A DNA stretch of 64,000 nt from Candidatus Dormiibacterota bacterium (GTDB lineage: Bacteria > Chloroflexota > Dormibacteria > Aeolococcales > Aeolococcaceae). A program made the position numbers and the translations under genes. The stretch lies in the NCBI GenBank assembly GCA_963768105.1, contig CAVYGR010000004.1:118019-182018 (forward strand), given 5' to 3'. Positions 26,581-36,137 of this stretch are shown piece by piece (within the stretch, counting starts at the first letter, position 1; the number at the start of each line of letters is the position of its first letter). The notes under the pieces are model-generated. The model searched no databases. It worked only from the letters and a program-made list of their open reading frames with translations, and had not been told where the DNA came from.

Positions 26581-26988
26581 GCTGGCTCACTCGCATCCTT
26601 CGTAGTCGAGGTCCTGGCGGGTGGTCTTTCCGCTGACGACGGTCACGGTGGCCGTTTGCGGCGACAAGTTGCTCCCCGCGCAATGACCGACGAGTACGTA
26701 CGTGCCTGGCGGAAGGTTGAACTCTTACGTCCCTCCGGTGGCAACGGAGGCCTCCGCAAACGCCGCTGAGCTCCCTAGGGTGAAGTTATCAACAGTCCCG
26801 GCCATGGGTGTGGGAGGTACTGAGATCGAAGGCGGAACCGTGGAGCAGCCATGCTTCGCACCGACGACCGTTCCTCCCGTGAACACGGGCATGTCCAGAT
26901 TAAGCGGGAGTACCTTGCGCTGGCAGTAGGCCGCGGAGTGCTCGAGCGCATCCCGCCAAAGCGGCTGCGATCGCAAACGTGCTGACAA
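26581..26988 (-). pseudogene. Gene remnant: an 87-codon ORF, then an in-frame TAA, then 35 more codons ending ...PGTYVLVGHCAGSNLSPQTATVTVVSGKTTRQDLDYEGCE, which resembles the C-terminus of a PPC (pre-peptidase C-terminal)-like beta domain.
   Basis: The same reading frame continues across a single TAA at 26725-26727. There is no convincing N-terminal domain. It lies between the two palindromic elements. Confidence 0.3.
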
Positions 26989-27120
26989 GTGCGAGTCTGC
27001 CTTCCACCTAGAAAGCGTACCCGTCAGGCGCCGAACAGTTCCACCATTCCCGACGTGGAGGCGTGACGAAGGAGCTAGTGAAAATCTCCCGCTGCCGAAG
27101 CGACGGCACTACGCGCGCTA

Positions 27121-27241
27121 GGCGAGATGGGGGACACGGACTCGCAGCGAATTTGATCGCGCCCGAGCGAGTGCGATAATTTATTTGCGCGAACGAGGGC
27201 GCGAGCAAGCTGAGCGGCGAGGCCGTGTCCCCCGTCTCGCC
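27121..27241. repeat. Palindromic element B (121 nt), an inverted copy of element A. Its 19-bp terminal stem GGCGAGATGGGGGACACGG / CCGTGTCCCCCGTCTCGCC contains one G-U position.
   Basis: The reverse complement of B aligns with A through GCTCAGCTTGCTCG, TTCGCGCAAATAAATTATCGC and CAAATTCGCTG. The stem sequences differ from A but stay self-complementary. It ends 31 nt before the stop of the minus-strand response-regulator gene. Confidence 0.8.
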
Positions 27242-27272
27242 AAACCACAACGCGAGGGGCCTCAGCGGAGGG

Positions 27273-27971
27273 TCACCCTGAAAAGCGGTACCCGATCCCC
27301 GGCACGGAGTGGATGTAGGTTGGTTTCTCCGCGTCCGGCTCGATCTTGCGACGCAGCCGGTAGACGTGCGCGTCGACGGTACGGGTCTCGATCTCGACCT
27401 CGTAGCCCCACACGCGGCGGAGCAACTCCCCGCGGCTCATCACCTGACCCGGGCGCGATGCGAGCAACGCGAGCAGGTTGAACTCGGTGAGTGTGAGCAT
27501 CACCTCCTCGCCATCGCGGAACACCTGGCGGCGACCGAGGTCGATGGTGAGCCCCGGGAACTCGAACCGGTCACGGGGCTGCTCCTGCGCTGAGATCTCA
27601 CTGCGCCGCAGGTGCGCGCCGATGCGCGCCATCAACTCGCGCACCTCGAACGGCTTGGTCACGTAATCGTCGGCACCCAGCTCGAGCCCGACGACGACGT
27701 CGATGGTGTCGCTCTTCGCCGTCAGCATGATGATCGGCACACGCGCACCCTCGGCGCGCAGGCGCCGGCACACGTCGAGACCGCTCATGCCCGGCAGGTT
27801 GACATCGAGGATGATCAGGTCGGGATTCTGTTCGCGGGCGAGGTTGAGTCCCTCGACGCCGGTTGCGGCCTCGATGAGCGTGTGGTTCTGTGCGCTCGTG
27901 GCAAGGCGAACCACCTCGCGACTCGGCGGGTCGTCCTCGACGATGAGGATGGTTTTCCCGGCTCCGCTCAT
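27273..27971 (-). CDS. OmpR-family two-component response regulator (REC plus winged helix).
   Basis: LIVEDDP...D (phospho-acceptor region LIILDVNLPGMSG), C-terminal trans_reg_C with the TVDAHVYRLRRKIE motif. Its ATG overlaps the HK stop (TGATG). Confidence 0.85.
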   Translation of the reverse strand: MSGAGKTILIVEDDPPSREVVRLATSAQNHTLIEAATGVEGLNLAREQNPDLIILDVNLPGMSGLDVCRRLRAEGARVPIIMLTAKSDTIDVVVGLELGADDYVTKPFEVRELMARIGAHLRRSEISAQEQPRDRFEFPGLTIDLGRRQVFRDGEEVMLTLTEFNLLALLASRPGQVMSRGELLRRVWGYEVEIETRTVDAHVYRLRRKIEPDAEKPTYIHSVPGIGYRFSG

Positions 27972-29702
27972 CAGTTGGGCACCTCGATGAATGTGGAGAT
28001 GCGCTTCACGAAGTTGGCCACCTCGATTGGTTTGGTGATGTAGCCGGAACAGCCGGCAGCGAGCGCTTCTTGTTCGTTGCCCTTCATGGCATTGGCGGTG
28101 AGCGCGACCACGGGGACCCCCGAGGTCTTCGGGTCGGCCTTGAGGATCCGGGTCAGAGTCAGCCCGTCCATCCCGGGCAGCTCCACGTCCATGAGCACGA
28201 GATCGTAGACCTTGGACCTCAACTTGTGGAGGCCCTCCTCGCCGTCGACCGCGATGTCGACGTCAAAGCCACTGCCGAGCAGGACCATCTTGGCCAGGTC
28301 GCGGTTGCTGGCGTTGTCCTCGACGAGCAGGATGCGATTGTGACGGTGGCCGTTGAGCACCTCAATTCCTGCCAGAGGTAGCCGGAACGTGAAGACCGAT
28401 CCGCGGCCCGGATCGCTCTCGAGCGAGATGCTTCCGCCGTGGAGGTCCACGAGCTTACGGGTCAGCGAGAGCCCGAGCCCGGTGCCCTCGACCTGCCGCG
28501 TGGCGGCGTGGTCGAGCTGGTAGAACTCGTCGAAGATGCGCGTCTGGTGCTCGAGCGGGATGCCCACGCCCGGTGTCGCCAACGTCGACGATGAGGTCCT
28601 CGGCATCGGCATGCGCCGACACCCAGACCTTGCCGCCCTGCGGGGTGAACTTGATGGCATTGCTGAGCAGGTTGTAGAGCACCTGCTTGAACTTGCTCTT
28701 GTCGGCGCGTATCTCGAGGTGGGTTGGGACCACGTCGATACTGAGGTCGATGTCGCGCCGCTCGCTGAGCGAGCGAATGACGTTGTGGACTTCCTTGACC
28801 GCATCCTGAACGCCGAAGCGATCGTAGGAGAGCTCCATCCGCCCCGCCTCGATCTTGCTCAGATCGAGGACGTCGTTGACCAGCTCGAGCAGATGCTTGC
28901 CGGACGCGTGGATGTTCTGCAGGCATTCCTGGCGCTGCTGCGGCGTGAGATCGACGAGATTGTCCTTGAGGATCTCGCTGAAGCCGAGGATCGCATTGAG
29001 CGGCGTGCGCAACTCGTGGCTCATGTTGGCCAGGAACTCGCTCTTCAGTCGCGAGATCTCGGCGATCTGGGCGTTGGCCACCTCGACCTCGCGCTTCTGC
29101 GACGCGATCTCACCGAGCTGGGCGCGCTGCGCGGTGTACAGCCGGGCGTTGTCGATGCTGATCGCGGCCTGGCTGGCGATGATCCGCATCAGCGCCTGCT
29201 CGATGCTCGTGAACGGCTGCACCTCGCGCCGCGCAAGCGTCAGCGCTCCGACCAGTCGCTGCGGCGACTCGAGCGGCATCACCAGGCATGATCGAGGCGC
29301 GTATGCGAGACCGAGGGTCTTGAAGCGTCGATCCTTGGTCGCATCGGCGACGGAAACGAGCTTGCGACGCTGCGCCGCCCATCCGACGATGCCCTCGCCG
29401 AGCTCGAATCGAGCGACCTGGCCAAGGTTGTCGGTGAATGGGAACGTCGCAATCGCTGAGAGGGCGCGGCCGTCCTCGTCGAGCAGGAACACCGTCGCCG
29501 CGTCGCAGTCGACCAGGTCGGCGGCGGCCTTGAGCATGAAGTCGATCGTCTCTTTCAGCTCCAGACTCGACGTGAAGAGGTTACCGACCTGGCCCAGAAG
29601 GTCGACAATGACCTTGTCGTCCATCGCAGACCCGAGTATACCCGCGAATTTCGGCCCCGGCTGACTGTCGTGCAATTGCAATCGATCCAGTGCAGTGCTC
29701 AT
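27971..29702 (-). CDS. Hybrid histidine kinase (GAF - HisKA - HATPase_c - REC), interrupted by a +1 frameshift.
   Basis: GAF domain, H-box [16 protein letters not shown]-box LLSNAIKFT and G1 DTGVGIP (split across frames at the CCC run 28549-28551), G2 GTGLGLS, then a receiver domain RILLVEDN...[14 protein letters not shown]. Its ATG overlaps the etfA stop (ATGA). Confidence 0.75.
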
Positions 29703-30680
29703 GACCGTCGCCTTTGCAACTCCTCGACGAGTGCAGGAAGAACCTTCAGGGCATCACCGACGACGCCGAGATCGGCCAATTTGAAGATTGGCGCGTTCTC
29801 GTCTCTATTGACGGCAACGATCGCCTTCGCGCCCTTCATGCCGACGGTGTGCTGCATCGCGCCGCTGATGCCGAACGCGAGGTAGACGGCAGGTTTGACG
29901 GTTTTGCCGGTCTGGCCGACCTGCATCGCATAGGGGACCCACCCGGCATCGACCACCGCTCTGCTGGCGCCGACCGCCGCATTGCCGAGCACGGCGGCGA
30001 GCTGGTCGAGGAGCTCGAAGTTCTTGGGATCTCCGAGACCCGCGGCCGCCGCTGATGACGATCGGCGCCTCTTCCAGCTTTGGGCCCAGCAGCCACATCG
30101 GCGACCCGATCGGTCACCCGCGCCGCCCGGTGCTTCTCGTCGATCGGCGCGGTCACCGGCGATACCGTCGCCGGGCCGCCGCCGCCGGGCTCGGCGGCGA
30201 AGGACTTGGGCCGGATGATCGCGATCGCCGGGCCCGGCGCCCTCGAATCGCGTGGTCACGTTGAGGGTCGCGCCGAAGACGGACGAGTGCACCGCGACGC
30301 CGTCGCCGTCGCTCACGTCGAGGCCGTTGGCGATCACCGGCACCCCGAGCTTGGCGGCGAGCCGGCCGGCGACGTCGCGGGAGTTGTAGGTCATCCCGAA
30401 GAGCACGAGATCCGGCTTGTGCTCCTCGACGAGCGCGGCGAGGGCATCGGCGGCCGGGCCGCCCGAGGAGCAGATCGGCCCAGAGCGGATCGGTGCCCGC
30501 GTACAGCGTGGTCGCGCCATGCGCGCCGAGCTCCGCCGCGGCGCCGGCGGCGTCCGGCGCGAAGGCGACCGCCTCGACCGTCGACGCGAGCGATCGCGCC
30601 TTGGTCAGCATCTCGAGGGCCACGGGCGCCGGCTTGCCGTCCGCGATCTCGGCGAACACCCAGATCTTTGCCAGAGGCAT
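29699..30680 (-). CDS. etfA: Electron transfer flavoprotein alpha subunit, interrupted by four +1 insertions.
   Basis: N-terminal [25 protein letters not shown], middle [20 protein letters not shown]...[10 protein letters not shown] and [16 protein letters not shown], then C-terminal [15 protein letters not shown] and [14 protein letters not shown]...[12 protein letters not shown]...GISGAMQH. The pieces lie in frames 2, 1, 0, 2, 1, and the switches fall in homopolymers at 30456-58, 30230-35, 30079-81 and 30039-41. Confidence 0.75.
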
Positions 30681-30682
30681 CG

Positions 30683-31456
30683 TCAGATCACCTTCTTCTC
30701 GGCAAGAAAGTCGGCGATCCGCTTGTAGCCGTCGCCGTCGTCCTTGACGATCGAGCCGGCCGCGCGCTGCGGCGCGGGCTCGACGCTCGTGATGCTCTGG
30801 CCGGCCGTGCCGCCACCCGCGCCGTCGAGGCCGAGGTCGCCGGGGGTGATCCGATCGAGGGGCTTCGACTTGGCCCCCATGATCCCCTTGAGGGACGGGA
30901 TAGCGAGGCTCGTTGACCCCGGCGGTCACGCTCAGCACGGCGGGGAGGCCGCTTCGACGAGGTCGAAGCCGTCCTCCGTCTGGCGCTTCACCTTCAGCGT
31001 GGTGCCGTCCACTTCGACGGTCTTCGCGAAGGTGACCGCGGGGACGTCGAGGAGCTCGGCGATCATCTGAGGGACGACGCCCGTGTAGCCGTCGGTCGAC
31101 TCGGTCGCAGTGATGACGAGATCGAATCCCTCGCGGCGGATCGCCGCCGCGAGCACCCTGGCAGTGGTGAGCGCATCGGACCCGCGCAGGCAGTCGTCGC
31201 TGATCAGCACCCCCTTGCCGGCGCCCATGGCGAGCGCCTTGCGCACCGCGTCAAGCCCACGCTCCGGGCCCATCGACACGACAGTGACCTCACCGCCCTG
31301 TGCCTCGACGAGCTGAAGGCCGGCCTCGACTCCGAACTCGTCGCCCGGGTCGAGAACGACCTCCACCCCATCACGCTTGAGCAGATGGGTGGTCGGGTCG
31401 AGCTGGCCGGTCGTGTTCGGGTCGGGGATCTGCTTGACGCAGACGACGACCTTCAT
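30683..31456 (-). CDS. etfB: Electron transfer flavoprotein beta subunit, interrupted by a compensating -1/+1 indel pair.
   Basis: MKVVVCVKQIPDP... (frame a), LSVTAGVNEPRYP (frame b), GAKSKPLDRITPGDLGLD...KKVI (frame c). Indels at G-runs near 30942-30945 and 30897-30899. GGAGG SD lies 5 nt upstream of the ATG at 31456. A 2-nt gap separates it from etfA. Confidence 0.75.
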
Positions 31457-31542
31457 GAGCGCCTCCGTGATTGGTGTCCGGGATCGAAACTCTACCGCAC
31501 CTACCGTCCGAATTCCCGGAACTGGGCCGCCGATCGAGCGGA

Positions 31543-32773
31543 TCAGCACCGCCCGAGGGACGCGGCGAGCGCCCCGAGCTCGACCGGATCGGCGAGCGCC
31601 CCGAGCTCGACCGGATCGGCGAGCGGGACCCGAACCGCCTGCGGCTGCGTGGCCCGCAGGGCGGTGTCGAGCGGGCCGTCGCTCCAGCGTGGATCGGCCA
31701 CGGCGACGATCCCGTAGTGGTAGCGCCGGCCGGCCAGCCAGTCGTCCCACGACGCCTCCCCGGTCACCGCCTCGACGCCGGCGTCACCGAGCTCGTCCGG
31801 CCGGGTCACCGGCCGGCCATCGATCGAGGCCACCGTCCATCGCACCTTCGGCCAGCGCCGCGCGGCGTCCATGATCAGCCGGTCGAGGCGGCGCTGCTCC
31901 GCGGTGCCCTCGGCGTCGGGTCGCGGGCCGGTGAGGACGAGCACCCGCTCGCAGGTCATGGCATCGCGACCCCCGAGGACGCCGCTCGGCTCGACACGCC
32001 GGCTCTCGGGCGGCCGCCGATCGAGGACCGAGCGCCACCTCGCCCGGAGGAGGCGCCGGTTGCGCTCCACGAGACCAGCCTTGACGCCGCCAGTGCTCGA
32101 CGCACCCCGAACGTGCTCGACCACCGACCGCGGTTGATAGACGACCCGCCCGTGGGCGGCCCCGAGCCCAAGACACAGATCGACGTCCTCGCCGTACATC
32201 GGGGCGAAGCGTGGATCGAAGCCACCGACGCCGATGAACGCGGAGCGCCGGACGAGCAGGCAGGCGGCCGACGCGTAGTCGACAGTGCGGCGAAACAGGA
32301 TACTCGGGCCGGCTCGGCAGGTCGCCGTCGCCGTAGTTGCGAACTCGAGCGTCCCGCCACACGATCGAGCCGGCTTCCTGCATGCGTCCATCCGGGTACT
32401 GAAGCTTCGGAGCCACGGCTGCGACCCCTGGGTCGGCGTTGGCGATCTCCAGCAACGGAGCGAGCCAGCCGGGACGAACCCACGCGTCGCTGTTGAGCAG
32501 GAGCAGGTACCGGCCCCTCGCCATCCCGGCACCCTGGTTGTTCGCGGGGCCAAAGCCGAGGTTGCGCCGGTTCCGCAGGATCGTGGCGCCGCCGACGTGC
32601 CCCAGCTGGGCCGCAGTCCCGTCGGTGGAGGCGTTGTCGACGATGACCACCTCGTAGCGGGGTTCGGTCGCCTCGGCGAGCAGCGACAGCGCCTGCCGGG
32701 TGAGGTCCCAGCGGTTGTACGTGACCATGACCACGGTCGCGTCCGGCCGATCGATCTTCGGGAACCGGATCAC
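31543..32773 (-). CDS. GT2-family glycosyltransferase with a C-terminal extension containing the 9-aa tandem repeat ADPVELGAL, interrupted by a +1 frameshift.
   Basis: N-terminal VVMVTYNRWDLT...VVIVDNASTDGT...LLLLNSDA (DxD-type). After a frameshift near 32288-32296 it continues DYASAACLLVRRSAF..GGFDPRF..YGEDVDLCL. Confidence 0.65.
31561..31625. repeat. 27-bp tandem repeat (about 2.4 copies of GAGCGCCCCGAGCTCGACCGGATCGGC). It is coding, inside the 3' end of the GT2 gene, and encodes ADPVELGAL x2.
   Basis: Direct observation: CGGCGAGCGCCCCGAGCTCGACCGGATCGGCGAGCGCCCCGAGCTCGACCGGATCGGCGAGCGGGACC. Confidence 0.8.
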
Positions 32774-34104
32774 GTGCGCCGCCGCTGCCAGAGCTGATAT
32801 CCCTCGCGGATCGGGCGCGCGATCCGGTGCTCGGGCGACCCCTGCAGATGCTCGAGCTCCGCCTGTATCCGCGAGAGCTCGGCCTGGAGCGCGGTTCGCT
32901 CATCGACGAGACGCTGCTGGAGGATCTCGAGGCCCGAGCGGACGGGGTCCGGGTGTGGCAGCGCCGCGGTCAGATCCGGCACCCGCGGTAACCGTTCGGC
33001 GAGATCGTGAAACGCCACGTCGAGCGTGTCCGTCGCGTCAACGAGGTCGAGCGGCAACCCGCCGGCCAGGAGTGCGGCAATGCGCGCCGGGAGATCCGTG
33101 GTGAACACCGGGATCCCTGGGTGGCAGCGGGCCGCGACGTCGCTCCGGACCACGGCGGTGGGCGTCCCGAGCGCCGCGGCCAGGTGCGCGCCTGCCGGAG
33201 TGGTCGCGAGCACCGCGGAGCTTCCCGACATCGCCGCGGCGATGTCGTCGAGCCCGGCCCAGGCGGGGAAGTGATGCACCCGCTCCGCGATCAGTCCGTC
33301 GACCTGGAGCCGCCTCTCCGGCGGCTGCGCCAGCGGATCGAGGCTGAGAACGATCACCGACAGCTCCGAGTCGGAGCGGAGGGCGCCGCGCAGCGCATCG
33401 ACGAGCTCCCGATCGGCGGCCGAGGGCCCGGCGCCTCGCGTCGCCTCGACGACGACGCGTGCTCCCGCCGGCAACGCGCCGCTCATCCGGAGCAGATCCG
33501 TGCGCCGGCGCAACGCCTCGACGCCGAACACGCGGGCAGCAAGCAGCACCGGATCGCCGCACTCCGCGACCGGCGCCCCAACCTTCTCGCTCGTCGCCCG
33601 GTTGCGTGCCCAGACCTCCGCGCCCTCGAGCGCTCCCAGATCGACGTCCGGGTCATCGGAGATCCCCACCGCGAACCACGTCACCCGCGCCGCGGGGCGG
33701 GGACCGGCCCGCATGCCGGTGAGCGCGAGAGCGGCGACACCCCGCTCGGCGACCGCCTCGGGAGCAATCCCGTAGCGCCTCGCCCACTGCTCATCGCCGG
33801 CGAGGACATCGCCGGTCATGACCAGAGCGTCGAGGCCGAGCCCACGCGCAACAGCCACAGGAGGGAGCGGACGTGCCGGGCGACCCTCATCCCCGGGGAT
33901 CGGGCGTTCGGCGCCGAACGGAGCCAGAGCAACCAGATCAACGTCACGGCGACGCCGGCTCAGCTCCCCTTCGATGACCCGGCGGAGGGCGACCTCGCCC
34001 AGATCCCCGGTGTCGAACGCCCCGAACAGCCCGACGACCGGCCTCTCAGCGGCACCGTTCACGTGATGCCTCCGTGTAGCAGGCGGATCGGGCGGGACGC
34101 TCAT
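32770..34104 (-). CDS. GT-B-fold protein resembling polysaccharide pyruvyl transferases (CsaB/WcaK-like), with a C-terminal coiled-coil tail.
   Basis: N-terminal VVGLFGAFDTGDLGEVAL, mid-C-terminal AMSGSSAVLATTPAGAHLAAALGTPTAVV, and a C-terminal heptad-like ERTALQAELSRIQAELEHLQ. The assignment is weak. Its stop overlaps the GT2 start (ATGA). Confidence 0.45.
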   Translation of the reverse strand: MSVPPDPPATRRHHVNGAAERPVVGLFGAFDTGDLGEVALRRVIEGELSRRRRDVDLVALAPFGAERPIPGDEGRPARPLPPVAVARGLGLDALVMTGDVLAGDEQWARRYGIAPEAVAERGVAALALTGMRAGPRPAARVTWFAVGISDDPDVDLGALEGAEVWARNRATSEKVGAPVAECGDPVLLAARVFGVEALRRRTDLLRMSGALPAGARVVVEATRGAGPSAADRELVDALRGALRSDSELSVIVLSLDPLAQPPERRLQVDGLIAERVHHFPAWAGLDDIAAAMSGSSAVLATTPAGAHLAAALGTPTAVVRSDVAARCHPGIPVFTTDLPARIAALLAGGLPLDLVDATDTLDVAFHDLAERLPRVPDLTAALPHPDPVRSGLEILQQRLVDERTALQAELSRIQAELEHLQGSPEHRIARPIREGYQLWQRRRT

Positions 34105-34197
34105 GTCTCAGCCATGGCTCAGGGAAAGCGCGCCGGCGACGGCCGAGAATGCGGGCACCGCCACGATAGAACAAGTCACAACCAAAGGAGCATGAGG

Positions 34198-34746
34198 ATG
34201 TCGGGAAAGTCCTTCCCCGTGAAGAGGCTCGCGCTGACCGTCGCCGCCTTCGCGGTCGTCGCCGTCGCGGGGATCGCCACCGTCGCCATCGTCCCGGCGC
34301 TGGCAGCAGGCTCATCCTCGAGCAACGCGGCAACGTTCGCCACCGCGCCCGCCACCGCGCAGTCCGGGGCCAGGACGATCGCGACGCGACGGATCGCGCT
34401 GGCGCTGTTCCGCACCTCGGTCGCACAAACCGGGCTCAGCCGGACGACCGTGTTGAAGGACCTCCTCAACGGCGAGACCCTGGCACAGATCGACGGTGCC
34501 AAGGCGCAGGCGGTCGAGAGCGCCGTCATGCAGAAGATCACCGCTCGCCTGACCAAGGCGGTGGCCAAGGGCACCATCACTCAGGCACAGGCGACTGCTC
34601 TCGGCACCGCTGCGACGGCTGCTATCACCAAGCTCATGAACCTCAACCTCAGCACGTACATCCACGTGCGCTTTGGCGGATTCCCCCGCACGCCGGCGAC
34701 GACCCCCTCCTCCGCTGCCCAGGCTGGATCGAGCCTCCCCCTCTGA
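34198..34746 (+). CDS. Secreted Ala/Thr-rich protein of unknown function (182 aa).
   Basis: ggag lies 8 nt upstream of the ATG at 34198. Signal peptide MSGKSFPVKRLALTVAAFAVVAVAGIATVAIVPALAAG. Only the last 182 codons of the long ORF 33007..34746 are credible; the rest is antisense to the upstream gene. Confidence 0.5.
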   Translation: MSGKSFPVKRLALTVAAFAVVAVAGIATVAIVPALAAGSSSSNAATFATAPATAQSGARTIATRRIALALFRTSVAQTGLSRTTVLKDLLNGETLAQIDGAKAQAVESAVMQKITARLTKAVAKGTITQAQATALGTAATAAITKLMNLNLSTYIHVRFGGFPRTPATTPSSAAQAGSSLPL

Positions 34747-34797
34747 TCCCGGCGGCGGCCGGGCAGTCTATCCGGGCGCCCCGGGTAGACTGCCCCG

Positions 34798-35274
34798 ATG
34801 CCCAAGAAGTACACCGCCGCCGAGCATGTCATCGACCCGGCTCACCGCTACATCGCCACCATCGCGACTGATCGCGGCGACATCGTCATCGCCCTCGATC
34901 CCGCACGCGCGCCCAAATCCGTCAACAACTTCGTGTTCCTCGCCCGCGAAGGTTTCTACGACGGGCTCACGTTTCACCGGATCGTCGACGACTTCGTGAT
35001 TCAGGGCGGCTGTCCCGAGGGAACCGGACGGGGCGGACCCGGATACAAGTTCGACGACGAGCCGGTGCAGGGCGAGTACGAGCCAGGCGCCGTCGCCATG
35101 GCCAACTCCGGGCCGAACACGAACGGCTCTCAGTTCTTCATCTGCGCGGTCGACGACCGCCACAAGCTCACCAAGTCGTACAACCTGTTCGGTCAGGTCG
35201 TCAAAGGCATGGACGTGGTCGGCGCGATCCGCCAGAACGATGTGATGCGGTCGGTGACCGTCGTCGAGGAGTGA
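34798..35274 (+). CDS. ppiA: Peptidyl-prolyl cis-trans isomerase of the cyclophilin type.
   Basis: FHRIVDDFVIQGG, GGPGYKFDDE, NSGPNTNGSQFFI. Confidence 0.9.
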   Translation: MPKKYTAAEHVIDPAHRYIATIATDRGDIVIALDPARAPKSVNNFVFLAREGFYDGLTFHRIVDDFVIQGGCPEGTGRGGPGYKFDDEPVQGEYEPGAVAMANSGPNTNGSQFFICAVDDRHKLTKSYNLFGQVVKGMDVVGAIRQNDVMRSVTVVEE

Positions 35275-36137
35275 TGGCTGATCCAGGACTTCGGCTGATG
35301 GCGGTTCACGCCCACGCCGACGACGAGACCATCACGATGGGCGGGACGCTGGCGGCGCTGGCGGACCGCGGCGTGCGCACCTGCGTGGTCTGCTGCACCG
35401 ACGGCAAGCTGGCGACGATCGTCGATCCCGACATGCCCGAGGAGACGACCCGTCCGCGTCTCGCCGAGATTCGGGAGGCGGAGCTGCGCGAGGCCTGCCG
35501 CATCCTCCGCGTCGACGAGGTGGAGTTCCTCAGGTACGGCGACTCGGGGATGCTGGACGCACCCTCCAACCAGCTCCCCGACGCCTTCTGGATGGCGCCC
35601 TTGCACGAGGCGACCGGCCGCATCGTCGCCGAGATCCGCCGCTTCCGTCCTCAGGTTGTAGTCACCTATGACGGTAACGGCGGCTACGGGCATCCCGACC
35701 ACATCCAGACACATCGCGCGACGTTGCTCGCCGTGGAGGCCGCGCAACTCTCCCCGATGTACAAGGGCACCGGCGATCCCTGGCGGGTCCAGAAGCTCTA
35801 CTACACCGCGTTCCCCAGATCCGAGATGGAGCGCATCGTGGAGATGGCGAAGCAGGCCGGAATGGATCCACCATTCGGTGAGGACAACCCCGACAACCTG
35901 GCGTTTCTCACCCCCGACGCGTGGGTGACCACGACGGTGGACTGCCGCTCGGTGGTCGCGCGCAAGCGCGAGGCACTGCGTGCGCATCGCAGTCAGATCT
36001 CGGCCGACTGGCCGCAGCTCACCATCTCCGACGAGGTCGCCGAGCAGTTCGCCACGGAGTTCTACCAACTCGTGATCTCCCGCACGCCGGCGGTGCTCCC
36101 CGAGACCGACCTTTTCGCCGGAATCTCCGCGAGCTAG
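35271..36137 (+). CDS. PIG-L/LmbE-family N-acetylglucosaminyl deacetylase (MshB/Mca-like).
   Basis: [11 protein letters not shown] zinc-binding motif, then [18 protein letters not shown]. Length and order match MshB/Mca. It cannot be assigned specifically to mshB without a search. Confidence 0.7.
   Translation: MMADPGLRLMAVHAHADDETITMGGTLAALADRGVRTCVVCCTDGKLATIVDPDMPEETTRPRLAEIREAELREACRILRVDEVEFLRYGDSGMLDAPSNQLPDAFWMAPLHEATGRIVAEIRRFRPQVVVTYDGNGGYGHPDHIQTHRATLLAVEAAQLSPMYKGTGDPWRVQKLYYTAFPRSEMERIVEMAKQAGMDPPFGEDNPDNLAFLTPDAWVTTTVDCRSVVARKREALRAHRSQISADWPQLTISDEVAEQFATEFYQLVISRTPAVLPETDLFAGISAS

Noticed and set aside
33007-34197. N-terminal 400 codons of the 579-codon plus-strand ORF 33007..34746.
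   Set aside because: They are antisense to the pyruvyl-transferase-like gene and low complexity. Only the last 182 codons (from ATG 34198, preceded by an SD and with a signal peptide) look like a gene.
36134-36137. Convergent thiolase and PIG-L deacetylase genes sharing a CTAG palindrome for their overlapping stop codons.
   Set aside because: A real but trivial consequence of compact convergent genes. No functional implication.
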